Assembly: GCA_964348465.1 (NCBI GenBank)
Contig: CAYGCW010000001.1
Location: 14,336 to 49,075 of the forward strand
DNA from: an uncultured Acidimicrobiia bacterium
GTDB lineage: Bacteria > Actinomycetota > Acidimicrobiia > Spongiisociales > JAOTWH01
Direction: 5' to 3'
Length of the DNA stretch: 34,740 nt
This document shows, piece by piece, positions 17,172 to 26,590 of the stretch. Both the position numbers and the translations under genes were made by a program. Within the stretch, counting starts at the first letter, position 1; each line of letters starts with the position of its first letter. Under the pieces are notes generated by a model, which saw only the letters and a list, made by a program, of their open reading frames with translations, did no database searches and was not told the origin of the DNA.

Positions 17172-19159
17172 CCCTGGCTCGCGTACCGGGCCACGGCGGC
17201 CTCGAAGTCGGCCTTGGTCACCTCGATGGCGCTCGGATCTCGCCGCAGGGCGTTGAGCGCGGCTTCCCGCAGGGCCCCGGTGAGGTCGGCGAAGGAGAGG
17301 CCCGCGGTCTCCTCCGCAACCTCGTCGAGGTCCACGTCCGCGGCGAACGGCACGTCGGTGATGCCGAGGAGCGCCCGGCGGGCTTCGACTGCGGGCAGTC
17401 CCAGCTCCAGGTGCACCTCGAAGCGTCCGGCCCGGAGGAGCGCAGGATCGATGAGGTCGCGGCGGTTGGTGGCGCCGATGATCACGATGTCGCCGCGATC
17501 GGCGACGCCGTCCATCTCCGTCAGCAGCGCCGCCACCACCGAGTCGGTGACCGAAGTCGTGGAACGACCGCGCACCGGAGCGAGCGCGTCCAGTTCGTCG
17601 AAGAACAGGATCGCCGGCGCGGCCGCCCGCGCCCTGGCGAATACCTCCCGCACGCCCCGCTCCGACTCGCCGACGAACTTGTCGAGGAGTTCGGCGCCCT
17701 TCACTGCGAAGAACGCCGCTCCGGACTCGTGGGCCAGAGCCCTGATCACGAACGTCTTGCCGGTGCCGGGCGGGCCGTGGAGGAGGATGCCGCGGGGCGG
17801 GTCGATGCCGAGCCGCTCGAAGCGCCCCGGGTCCGTCATCGGCCAGATCACCGCCTCGGTGAGCCGCTGCTTCACGTCGTCCAGGTTCGCCACCCGCTCG
17901 AATCCGTACGAGGGCACTTCCCCGAGCTGAACCGTCCCCAGCGAAGGCACCGTCTCCTCGACGGCCCTCAGCAGCAGCTCCTGGCCGACGTGGCCGCCGG
18001 AATGAGCGACCAGCGCCGAGGCGTGAACGACCGCCGCCAGGATGTCGGCTCCCGAGAAGCCGGCGGTACGGGCCGCCAGCAGCGCGTAGTCGACCTCGCC
18101 GATGGGGACCCTGGCCAGCGCCGCCTCGAAAAGCAACCCTCGCCGCTCGCCGTCGGGCGGCGGGATCGACAGATGGCGGGGCACCAGCGGCGACGACGTG
18201 ATCGACCGGTCGAGCGCCCCCAGCGACGAGACCCCGAGGACGCAGGCGAGGCGGGGCTTCTCGGCGACGGCGTCGAGGAACCAGCGCAGGATGGCGCCGA
18301 CCTGGGCCCGGAACATGCCCTCTTCCCCGGCCACGGCCTCGAGGCGGTCGACGAAGATCACCCCAGGAGTGGAGGTGGTCTTGAGCGCGCCGTCGAGCAC
18401 GTCGATGAGACGCTCCGGCTTGAACACCAGCCCGAGCGACACTTCCTTGACGGTGGCACCGGCCCCGGAGGCGGCGGCCGCCACCAGCTCCGACTTGCCG
18501 CACCCTGCCGGGCCCTCCATCAGGACCCCGGCGACCGCCGGCAAGCCCCATGCCTTGGGCAGATCGCGGGGCGACGTCAGCAGCGCCAGCCAGCCGGTGA
18601 GCATCTCCAGTTCGTCGTCGAGCCCTGCCAGCAGCGCCTCGGCCTGCGTCGGCGCCACCCGGGCCGGCCGGCCGGGGGCGACTGCTGCCGGCGGCGCCGG
18701 CGCCGTGTCGCCCGGGGCCGACACCACGGTGGCGCTGCCGACCAGCCCGGCCGGGCCGGGCACGACCTCGAGCACCCGCAGCCGCACCGGCCCGTCACCC
18801 TCGCCCACATAGGCCGGGTCGAACTCGACGTGGTCGCCGGGCGTCACCGCCCGGCCCTGGAGAGCCCTGGCCAGGGACTGGGCGTCGGCCGGCAGTTCCT
18901 CGCAGTCGAGCACGATCCGATGCGCCTGGGGAACCATGGCCCGCTTGGCTTCGACCACGTCGCCGTCGCCGACGGCGGCGTTGGCCATCGTCAGCGGTCC
19001 CAGGGTCACGGCGGTGGGTTGGGGCACCTCGCCCGGGTGGACCACAACGTGGGTGCGGCCGATGCTGATCGTTCCGCCCCCGGGCAGGCCCATCGCCGCC
19101 AGCAACGTGGCGTCGGCGCGGGCAAAGGGGTCGAAGCCGGGACGGACGGTGAAGCGCAT
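17168..19159 (-). CDS. Cdc48/VAT-like double-ring AAA+ ATPase (N-D1-D2; Afp15/Pvc15-like or Cpa-like)
   Basis: 663 aa. The N-terminal ~145 aa look like a CDC48_N double-psi barrel (GLPGGGTISIGRTHVVVHPG..VTLGPLTMANAAVGDGDVVE). D1 has Walker A GPAGCGKS (18491..18514) and a degenerate Walker B VIFVDRLE (18338..18361). D2 has Walker A GPPGTGKT (17753..17776), Walker B ILFFDELD (17588..17611), sensor GATN and Arg finger ALLRAGRF. Confidence 0.88.
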   Translation of the reverse strand: MRFTVRPGFDPFARADATLLAAMGLPGGGTISIGRTHVVVHPGEVPQPTAVTLGPLTMANAAVGDGDVVEAKRAMVPQAHRIVLDCEELPADAQSLARALQGRAVTPGDHVEFDPAYVGEGDGPVRLRVLEVVPGPAGLVGSATVVSAPGDTAPAPPAAVAPGRPARVAPTQAEALLAGLDDELEMLTGWLALLTSPRDLPKAWGLPAVAGVLMEGPAGCGKSELVAAAASGAGATVKEVSLGLVFKPERLIDVLDGALKTTSTPGVIFVDRLEAVAGEEGMFRAQVGAILRWFLDAVAEKPRLACVLGVSSLGALDRSITSSPLVPRHLSIPPPDGERRGLLFEAALARVPIGEVDYALLAARTAGFSGADILAAVVHASALVAHSGGHVGQELLLRAVEETVPSLGTVQLGEVPSYGFERVANLDDVKQRLTEAVIWPMTDPGRFERLGIDPPRGILLHGPPGTGKTFVIRALAHESGAAFFAVKGAELLDKFVGESERGVREVFARARAAAPAILFFDELDALAPVRGRSTTSVTDSVVAALLTEMDGVADRGDIVIIGATNRRDLIDPALLRAGRFEVHLELGLPAVEARRALLGITDVPFAADVDLDEVAEETAGLSFADLTGALREAALNALRRDPSAIEVTKADFEAAVARYASQG

Positions 19160-19252
19160 CGCACCGGCGAGGCTACCCCCACCGAGGCCGGAGGGCGCCG
19201 CCCCGTGCGCACGTCCGGGGGACTGCCCTCCAGGCTCCGGCGGGGCGAGGTG

Positions 19253-20734
19253 TCACGACGCGGCCGGGGGTTCCTCGAGATCGAGATTCTGGGCCTTGAA
19301 GTTGCCCTTGCCGCGCTTACCGTTGATCGCCTCGGTGTTCATGCCGTAGGTGAGCACGGCGGCCGCCACGGCGTCCGAGTTGACGTCGAGCGCCTGCAGG
19401 CTGACGTTGCCCAACGTGTCGCACGCCAGGTGGTAGCAGGGGTCGTACTGTGCTCCGGAGGTGCCTCCCCACGTCGCCGCCTCCGCCGCGGTCTTGATCC
19501 CTTCTGCGCCTGTGAACAGGCCGCCGGCAGGGATGCCGACCTCGATGAACGGTCCGTAGTCGGAGCGACCGGAGAGGTCCGTGCCCTTGAAGGGCAGGCC
19601 GCGAGCGGCGTAGAACGCCTCGAACAGCTTCTCGATGTCGGCCGAACCGGCCGGGCCCGGGCCGGCGCCCACGGCATCGGAGTCGTCGCCGTCGAGGATG
19701 AAGTACACGAAGTTGGGCGAGCCAATCATGTCGAAGTTCAGGTACAGCGCGATCTTGTCACGCTCGGCCTGGCTCAGGTTGGCCACGTAGTGCCGCGAGC
19801 CGACGAGCCCCGACTCCTCGGCGCCCCACCACGCGAAGCGGACCTTGTTCTTCGGCCTCACCTTGGCCATCTGCTCTGCAACCTCCAAGATCGCCGCGCT
19901 CCCCGAACCGTTGTCCTGGATGCCGGGGCCCTGGTTGACCGAGTCGAGATGGGCGCCGGCCATCACGACGTTGGTGGGATCGCCCGCGGTCGATTCGGCG
20001 ATCACGTTGGACGTGGTGGCGATGCCGCGGAAGGTGTCGGTCTCGAGGCGCATGATCAAGCCCGGGGTGGCCGCCAGCTGCTCGCCGAGGTCCTTGGTGA
20101 CGGACGTGACGCCGATGTCCAGAGTGAAGGTGCTGGTCAAGGTGCCGTTGAGCGTGCCCGGGATGTTGTTGTAGATCACCACCCCCGACGCTCCGGCGTT
20201 GAAGGCGTTGGTGGCCTTCGTCGCGAACGTGCACGTCCCGCGGCTGATCAGCGCGATGTTCCCTGCGGGAAAGCCGGCGAAGTCGGCCGGCGAACAGCCC
20301 CGACTGTCGGAAACGGTGCTCACCGGTGCGGTCACGTCGCCGCTTCCCGAGTACTGCATGATGTTGTTGACGAGCGGCCCGGCGGGCGGTGGCGCCACCT
20401 GCTCCAGAACGGCCGGGGTCAGCGAGATGAACGTCTGGAACTGGAACTCCTGCACGGTCACCTGGTACCCGGCCGCCTCCAGCCGCTCTTTCACGTAGGC
20501 CGCCGACCGGTCGTAGCCGACGGTGCCCGACGTGCGGATCCCGTTGCTGGCGTCGGCGATGGCCTGGAACGCCGCCTGGTGCTCGCGCACCCCCTCGATC
20601 GTGACGCATTCGAGAAGCTTGGCAATGGTGTTGTTGACCCTGGTGTCGCAGGCCGCCGGCCCGGCGCTGGCCACTGCCGGGAGGCTCGCCACGACGAACA
20701 CGACGACGAAGAACGCAGCCCTCGCTCTGCGCAT
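19253..20734 (-). CDS. Secreted M28-family aminopeptidase with PA domain
   Basis: 493 aa from ATG 20734 (MRRARAAFFVVVFVVASLPAVASA signal), inside track ORF 19253..20848. M28 metal-ligand blocks are AGAHLDSV, DNGSGSAAILE, WWGAEESGLVGS and NFDMIGS. A PA-like insert is present (NIALISRGTCTF..K..NA.NAGASGVVIYNN). Confidence 0.85.
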   Translation of the reverse strand: MRRARAAFFVVVFVVASLPAVASAGPAACDTRVNNTIAKLLECVTIEGVREHQAAFQAIADASNGIRTSGTVGYDRSAAYVKERLEAAGYQVTVQEFQFQTFISLTPAVLEQVAPPPAGPLVNNIMQYSGSGDVTAPVSTVSDSRGCSPADFAGFPAGNIALISRGTCTFATKATNAFNAGASGVVIYNNIPGTLNGTLTSTFTLDIGVTSVTKDLGEQLAATPGLIMRLETDTFRGIATTSNVIAESTAGDPTNVVMAGAHLDSVNQGPGIQDNGSGSAAILEVAEQMAKVRPKNKVRFAWWGAEESGLVGSRHYVANLSQAERDKIALYLNFDMIGSPNFVYFILDGDDSDAVGAGPGPAGSADIEKLFEAFYAARGLPFKGTDLSGRSDYGPFIEVGIPAGGLFTGAEGIKTAAEAATWGGTSGAQYDPCYHLACDTLGNVSLQALDVNSDAVAAAVLTYGMNTEAINGKRGKGNFKAQNLDLEEPPAAS

Positions 20735-20873
20735 GAGTAAGACCCCCTCGCTCGAACGAACCTGATTGCCGCAGAAAGTAGCGGTAACGGCCCGTCCCGA
20801 ACGGTTCCGAGTTTTCGCGTTTCTCTCCGGCGCCGGAGGGCGCCGCAACGGTACGGCGGGCGCAACCGGCCGG

Positions 20874-22499
<1,626 letters not shown>

Positions 22500-22613
22500 G
22501 CGGGGCCTCCGTCCCGGGCCCGCCAGCGTACATCGAACACATGTTCGGGGTCAAGGACCCTGGCGCGGGAGGTCCGCAGGCCGCAGGGCCTCGGCTCCTA
22601 CACTGCCCGCCGC

Positions 22614-22841
22614 GTGAGCCCCGACGGACCATTCCGCTGTACCCACTGCGGCAACCGGACCCGTTTCGACGTGGACGAGACGATCCGCCGCCGCCGCTAC
22701 CTGCGCCTCACCCTGTCCGGCGACGCGGAGACGGAGGGCGAGGAGATCGTCGCGCGGCACGTCGTCCGGGTGGTGTGCCGTTACTGCGAGCGCTCGGATG
22801 GGGTCGAAAGCCCTCGAGGCGAGCGAGCGGCAGGCGCATAG
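22614..22841 (+). CDS. Small zinc-ribbon protein (CxxC...CxxC)
   Basis: This is the terminal 75 codons of track ORF 20766..22841; the rest of that ORF is antisense to the exonuclease gene. The first plausible start is GTG 22614 (VSPDGPFRCTHCGNRTRFDV...VVCRYCERSD). I see no clear RBS. Confidence 0.5.
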   Translation: MSPDGPFRCTHCGNRTRFDVDETIRRRRYLRLTLSGDAETEGEEIVARHVVRVVCRYCERSDGVESPRGERAAGA

Positions 22842-22850
22842 CCTGAGCAC

Positions 22851-24254
22851 GTGAGGCTGCGCGCCCTGCTCGTGCTGGCCGCGGTGGCGGCGTCTGCTTG
22901 CGCCGGCGGTGCCGACCGGGCGCGGGGTGAGACGGTGCGGCTCCTCTTCGCAGGGGACGTGATGCTGGGGCGGGGCGTCGCCCGCGTGTTGGAGGCCGAC
23001 GGGCCGGAAGCCCTCGAGGCCATTCGGTTCGCGGTCGGCGCCGCCGACCTGGCCGTCGCCAATCTCGAGTCCCCACTCACGACCCGGCCGTATGCCGGCG
23101 GCGGACACGACCTGCGCGCCGACCCGGGAGCCGCGGGCATGCTGGCCGGCGCCGGGTTCGACGCGCTGGCGATCGCCAACAACCACGCCGGCGACGGCGG
23201 TCCGGGGACCGTGGCCGACACCGTTGCGGCGCTGGAGCAGGCGGGCGTCGCCGCCCTGGGGGAGCCATCCGGCGTCGTCACGCTGGACCGGAAGGGGCTG
23301 CGGGTGGCGCTCCTGGCATACGATCTGACCGGGGGCGGACCGCCGGACGACGTGGCCGTGTGGAGCGCCGCGGCCGCCCGGGAGTCGATCGGCGCCGCCC
23401 GGGCGGCAGCAGACATCGTCGCAGTCGGTATCCACGGCGGTGTCGAGGGCCTTCCCGGGCCGGACCCGGCCCTCGTCCGCGCGGTTCGCGACGCGGCCGG
23501 ATGGGGTGCCGACGTCGTGTGGGCGCATGGTGCCCACGTTGCCTACCAGGTCGAGGTCATCGATGCCGAAGGTGACGGCCGGCCGACGGTGGCGGCCTTC
23601 GGGCTCGGAGATCTCGTCTTCGACCGGTCCGGCACCGGGCTGCTGCTGGAGGTCATCGCCGGCGAGGCCGGCATCGAGGCCTGGCGGGTGGGGGAGTCGG
23701 CCCACGCCGACGGCCGTCCCGGCCCCCCGCGCTGGCGCGATCCCTCAGGTCCCGCGGCGGCCGTGGGGGGTGGCTGGTGGGCGCTCACCGATCGCCCGCG
23801 CGTCCGGCGGGCGCCGCCGGCGCCGATCATGGAGGTTGGCGGCGAAGTGCTGGCGGCAGCTCGCGGCGACCTCGACGGCGACGGCGCGGACGAGGCGCTC
23901 GTGTCCTTCCTCCGGCCGTTCCGGGAGACCCTCGTCAACCAGGCGTTCGAAGGCATCTGGGTGGACGACCGGGGCCGCAGCGCCCACCTCGGCGTGTACC
24001 GGTGGCCGTCGCTGGAGCCGGTGTGGATCGCCGGGACGTTGCCCCGCCCCGTCCTCGCTCTTGCGGCGTGCGACGGTGGCCTGGCAGTCGCCTACGGGGA
24101 GCCCGGGGCGCCGCCTGAGGCGGCCGGCGCCTGGCAGTGGAACCGCTTCGGCTTCACGGTCACCAGCGACCTGCCGGGAGCGGGCCGGCCCGGCTGCGCC
24201 GACGTAGACCGGGACGGCCGGGCCGATGCCGTGATCTGGGAGCGGACGCCGTGA
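22851..24254 (+). CDS. CapA/PGA_cap-family metallophosphatase-like lipoprotein with C-terminal FG-GAP/VCBS-like repeats
   Basis: 467 aa with a GTG start and lipobox AAVAASAC. CapA N-terminal signature is LLFAGDVMLGRGV...NLESPLT...IANNHAGD. C-terminal Ca-binding-like repeats are GDLDGDGADEALV and DVDRDGRADAVIW. Confidence 0.75.
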   Translation: MRLRALLVLAAVAASACAGGADRARGETVRLLFAGDVMLGRGVARVLEADGPEALEAIRFAVGAADLAVANLESPLTTRPYAGGGHDLRADPGAAGMLAGAGFDALAIANNHAGDGGPGTVADTVAALEQAGVAALGEPSGVVTLDRKGLRVALLAYDLTGGGPPDDVAVWSAAAARESIGAARAAADIVAVGIHGGVEGLPGPDPALVRAVRDAAGWGADVVWAHGAHVAYQVEVIDAEGDGRPTVAAFGLGDLVFDRSGTGLLLEVIAGEAGIEAWRVGESAHADGRPGPPRWRDPSGPAAAVGGGWWALTDRPRVRRAPPAPIMEVGGEVLAAARGDLDGDGADEALVSFLRPFRETLVNQAFEGIWVDDRGRSAHLGVYRWPSLEPVWIAGTLPRPVLALAACDGGLAVAYGEPGAPPEAAGAWQWNRFGFTVTSDLPGAGRPGCADVDRDGRADAVIWERTP

Positions 24255-24287
24255 CCAGGGTCTTTGGACCCTGGCCGGCGTCGCCGG
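24255..24287 (+). terminator. Two tandem GC hairpins directly after the CapA-like stop
   Basis: CCAGGGTC-tttg-GACCCTGG (24255..24274, 8-bp stem) is followed by the CCGGCG-t-CGCCGG palindrome (24275..24287). There is no U-tract, which is common in high-GC actinobacteria. Confidence 0.4.
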
Positions 24288-24346
24288 CAGGCGTAGCGTC
24301 GCGATAGGCAGAAGCCCTTTCCGTGTGAGGCCTGAAGGAGCCGAAC

Positions 24347-26569
24347 ATGCACCGCGCCGCCATCCTCGCCGTCGGCCTCGCCCTGGCCCTGACCGCCTGC
24401 ACCGATTCCGCAACCGACACCACGGCGACGTCGGCCACGACCACTCGCCCGGTCACCTCCACCGCCGAACCGGCGCCTGCTACCACGGCGCCGCCGACCG
24501 TCACCACCACGACGACGACCATGCCGCCGCGGCCCGCGGCGGTGCTTGCCTCGTTGCCGAGACCGGGAGCGATGCCGGCGTTCGCCGGGTTCCCGGAGGT
24601 GCCGCTGCTCGGCGACGAACCGCCATACGCAGGGCCGCAGACACCGGCCAGCCTGGACGACGTCTTCATCGCCCCGGTCCTCGCCGACGAGCTTGCCGAC
24701 CGGGCGCTGCGTGCCGCCCTCGAGGCGGAGGGGTTCGCAGTGGTGCCGTCCGACCTCCCGCTGTTCCAGCAGGCCTACGAGCTGGCCGAATACGACCCCT
24801 ACCCCGTATTCGTCACGGTCGACGCGATCTTCCACGCCTGGCACCTCGTGTTCTCGAAGGCGCTGCGCACCGTGGAGGAAGAGCGCCTGCTGCCGGTCCT
24901 CGAAGAGCTGACGACCGGCCTGCTGGCGGCGGCCGGCGCTCAGCGCGCCGAGCTCGCCGGCACCCCGCTGGAGGACTCTGCCGGGCGCGTCGAAGCCTGG
25001 GCGCAGGCTGCGGCCACTCTGCTCGAGCTGGACGTCGGCCCGATCGACCCACGGGCCGCCGACGAGGTGCGTCTCGCTCTCGACGCGGCCGAGCTGACCG
25101 AGTCGCCGATCACCAGCCTCGGCCCGTGCGCAGCCGGCGTCTCACCGGCCAATTGCGTCGACTACACCCTCTTCAAGCCTCGCGGCCATTACACGCGTAG
25201 CGAGGCGCTTTCCCGGTTCTTCCGGGCCATGTCGTTGTACGGCCAGTCCGGCTTCTTCGTGGACACCCCCGCGTCCCTGCGGCTCGGCGCCCTGGTCGCC
25301 AGGCTGCTCGCCGCCGACGCCGATCTGGCCGCCCGCTGGCAGGCGATCTACGAGCCGACCGCCTTCCTGGTGGGTCTCGCCGACGACTACACGCCGTTCG
25401 AGGTGGCGATGGCGGTTGACGAAGAGGCGCCGGGCGCCCTTGCCGATCCGCAGCTGCTGGCCGACGACGGCCTGATACGCGCCGTCGGCGAGCGCCTGGT
25501 CGAGATGCGCAAGGTCCGCATCAATGAAGAGGCGGCGTCCAGCCGGGTGATGGGCGCCCGGTTCGTGATCGACTCGTATGTGCTCGACCAGATGTCGTGG
25601 CCGTTCGTGGGCGAGGAGTTGCCTATCACCGCCCGCCGGGTCAACCCGTCGCCGCTCGACCTGGCGGCCGCGCTCGGGTCCGAGTTCGCGTACCGCATCC
25701 AGGACGAGGCGGGCGAGACGAACTACCAGAACTACGACGAGCAGCTGGAGAAGATGCGGGCGGAGCTGGCGGACCGCACGATCGACGACTGGGCCGCCAC
25801 CGTGTACGACGCCTGGCTCTATGCCCTGCAACCGTTGTGGGCGCCGTACGGTCTGGCCCATCCCGACTTCATGCGTTCCGAGGCGTGGACGGCCAAGGCC
25901 CACCAGTCCGGCTTCGGCTCCTACACGGAGCTGAAGCACGACACGATCCTCTACGCCAAGCAGGGGTTCGCCGCGGAGGGCGGCGGAGACCCTCCGCCGT
26001 TCGTGCCGCGGCACTGGGTGGAACCCGACCCGGTGGCGTTCACGCGGCTCGCCAACGCGGTAGTGCTCGCCAGGGACGGCCTCGCTTCCCGGGGCCTGCT
26101 GCCCGACGACATCCGCAACCTGTTCGACGACATCGGCGCGTTGTCTTCGAAGCTGGCCATGCTGGCTGCCGACGAGCTGCAGGGGCGGCCGATCAGCGAG
26201 GAGGACAACTACCTGCTCCAGGCGATCGGGGGCTGGCTGGAGTTCATCTGGCTGCGTTCGTCCGACGTCGACGACGAGACCGGCACGCCCAGCCCGGAGG
26301 ACCAGGAGGACGCGCTGATCGCCGATGTGTTCCGCTCGACGTTCGACGTCTTGGAGCTGGGAACCGGCCGGATCGACCGCATCTACGTGCTCGTTCCCGA
26401 CGACGACGGCGGGTTCCAGGTGGCCAGGGGCGGCGTCTACAGCTACTACGAGTTCTGGCGTCCCGCCGACCTGGGCCGCCTCACCGACGAGGAGTGGCGC
26501 GACATGCTCCGCACCGGCGCGGCGCCGGCCCGCCCCGAGTGGCAGCGAGCGTTCTTGGCCGGGGGGTGA
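24347..26569 (+). CDS. DUF3160-family lipoprotein with Thr/Pro-rich linker
   Basis: 740 aa with a GGAG RBS, lipobox LALALTAC and a TTTRPVTSTAEPAPATTAPPTVTTTTTT linker. The body carries the FKPRGHYTRS..LSRFFRAMS block that I associate with DUF3160. Confidence 0.75.
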   Translation: MHRAAILAVGLALALTACTDSATDTTATSATTTRPVTSTAEPAPATTAPPTVTTTTTTMPPRPAAVLASLPRPGAMPAFAGFPEVPLLGDEPPYAGPQTPASLDDVFIAPVLADELADRALRAALEAEGFAVVPSDLPLFQQAYELAEYDPYPVFVTVDAIFHAWHLVFSKALRTVEEERLLPVLEELTTGLLAAAGAQRAELAGTPLEDSAGRVEAWAQAAATLLELDVGPIDPRAADEVRLALDAAELTESPITSLGPCAAGVSPANCVDYTLFKPRGHYTRSEALSRFFRAMSLYGQSGFFVDTPASLRLGALVARLLAADADLAARWQAIYEPTAFLVGLADDYTPFEVAMAVDEEAPGALADPQLLADDGLIRAVGERLVEMRKVRINEEAASSRVMGARFVIDSYVLDQMSWPFVGEELPITARRVNPSPLDLAAALGSEFAYRIQDEAGETNYQNYDEQLEKMRAELADRTIDDWAATVYDAWLYALQPLWAPYGLAHPDFMRSEAWTAKAHQSGFGSYTELKHDTILYAKQGFAAEGGGDPPPFVPRHWVEPDPVAFTRLANAVVLARDGLASRGLLPDDIRNLFDDIGALSSKLAMLAADELQGRPISEEDNYLLQAIGGWLEFIWLRSSDVDDETGTPSPEDQEDALIADVFRSTFDVLELGTGRIDRIYVLVPDDDGGFQVARGGVYSYYEFWRPADLGRLTDEEWRDMLRTGAAPARPEWQRAFLAGG

Positions 26570-26590
26570 GCAAGCCGGAACTGTGATCGA

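Noticed and set aside
15363-19252. The tube/terminator/ATPase cassette as a prophage remnant or mobile island
   Set aside because: I found no integrase, transposase, tRNA attachment site, flanking direct repeats or compositional shift by eye. All four ORFs are intact. I cannot exclude ancient domestication.
17411-20740. 1109-aa + strand ORF (also 16296..17930 + and the upstream part of 16425..18551 -)
   Set aside because: These are antisense or off-frame relative to the AAA+ ATPase and M28 peptidase genes, which have unambiguous catalytic motifs. Only the last 248 codons of 16425..18551 (from GTG 17171) look like a real SPOUT protein.
20825-20838. Perfect 14-nt palindrome CTCCGGCGCCGGAG downstream of the exonuclease gene; also TGATCGATCA at 26584..26593 between convergent genes
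   Set aside because: They could be terminator stems or binding sites. They are short, lack a U-tract in the right orientation, and GC palindromes of this size are common in such DNA. There is not enough evidence to call a feature.
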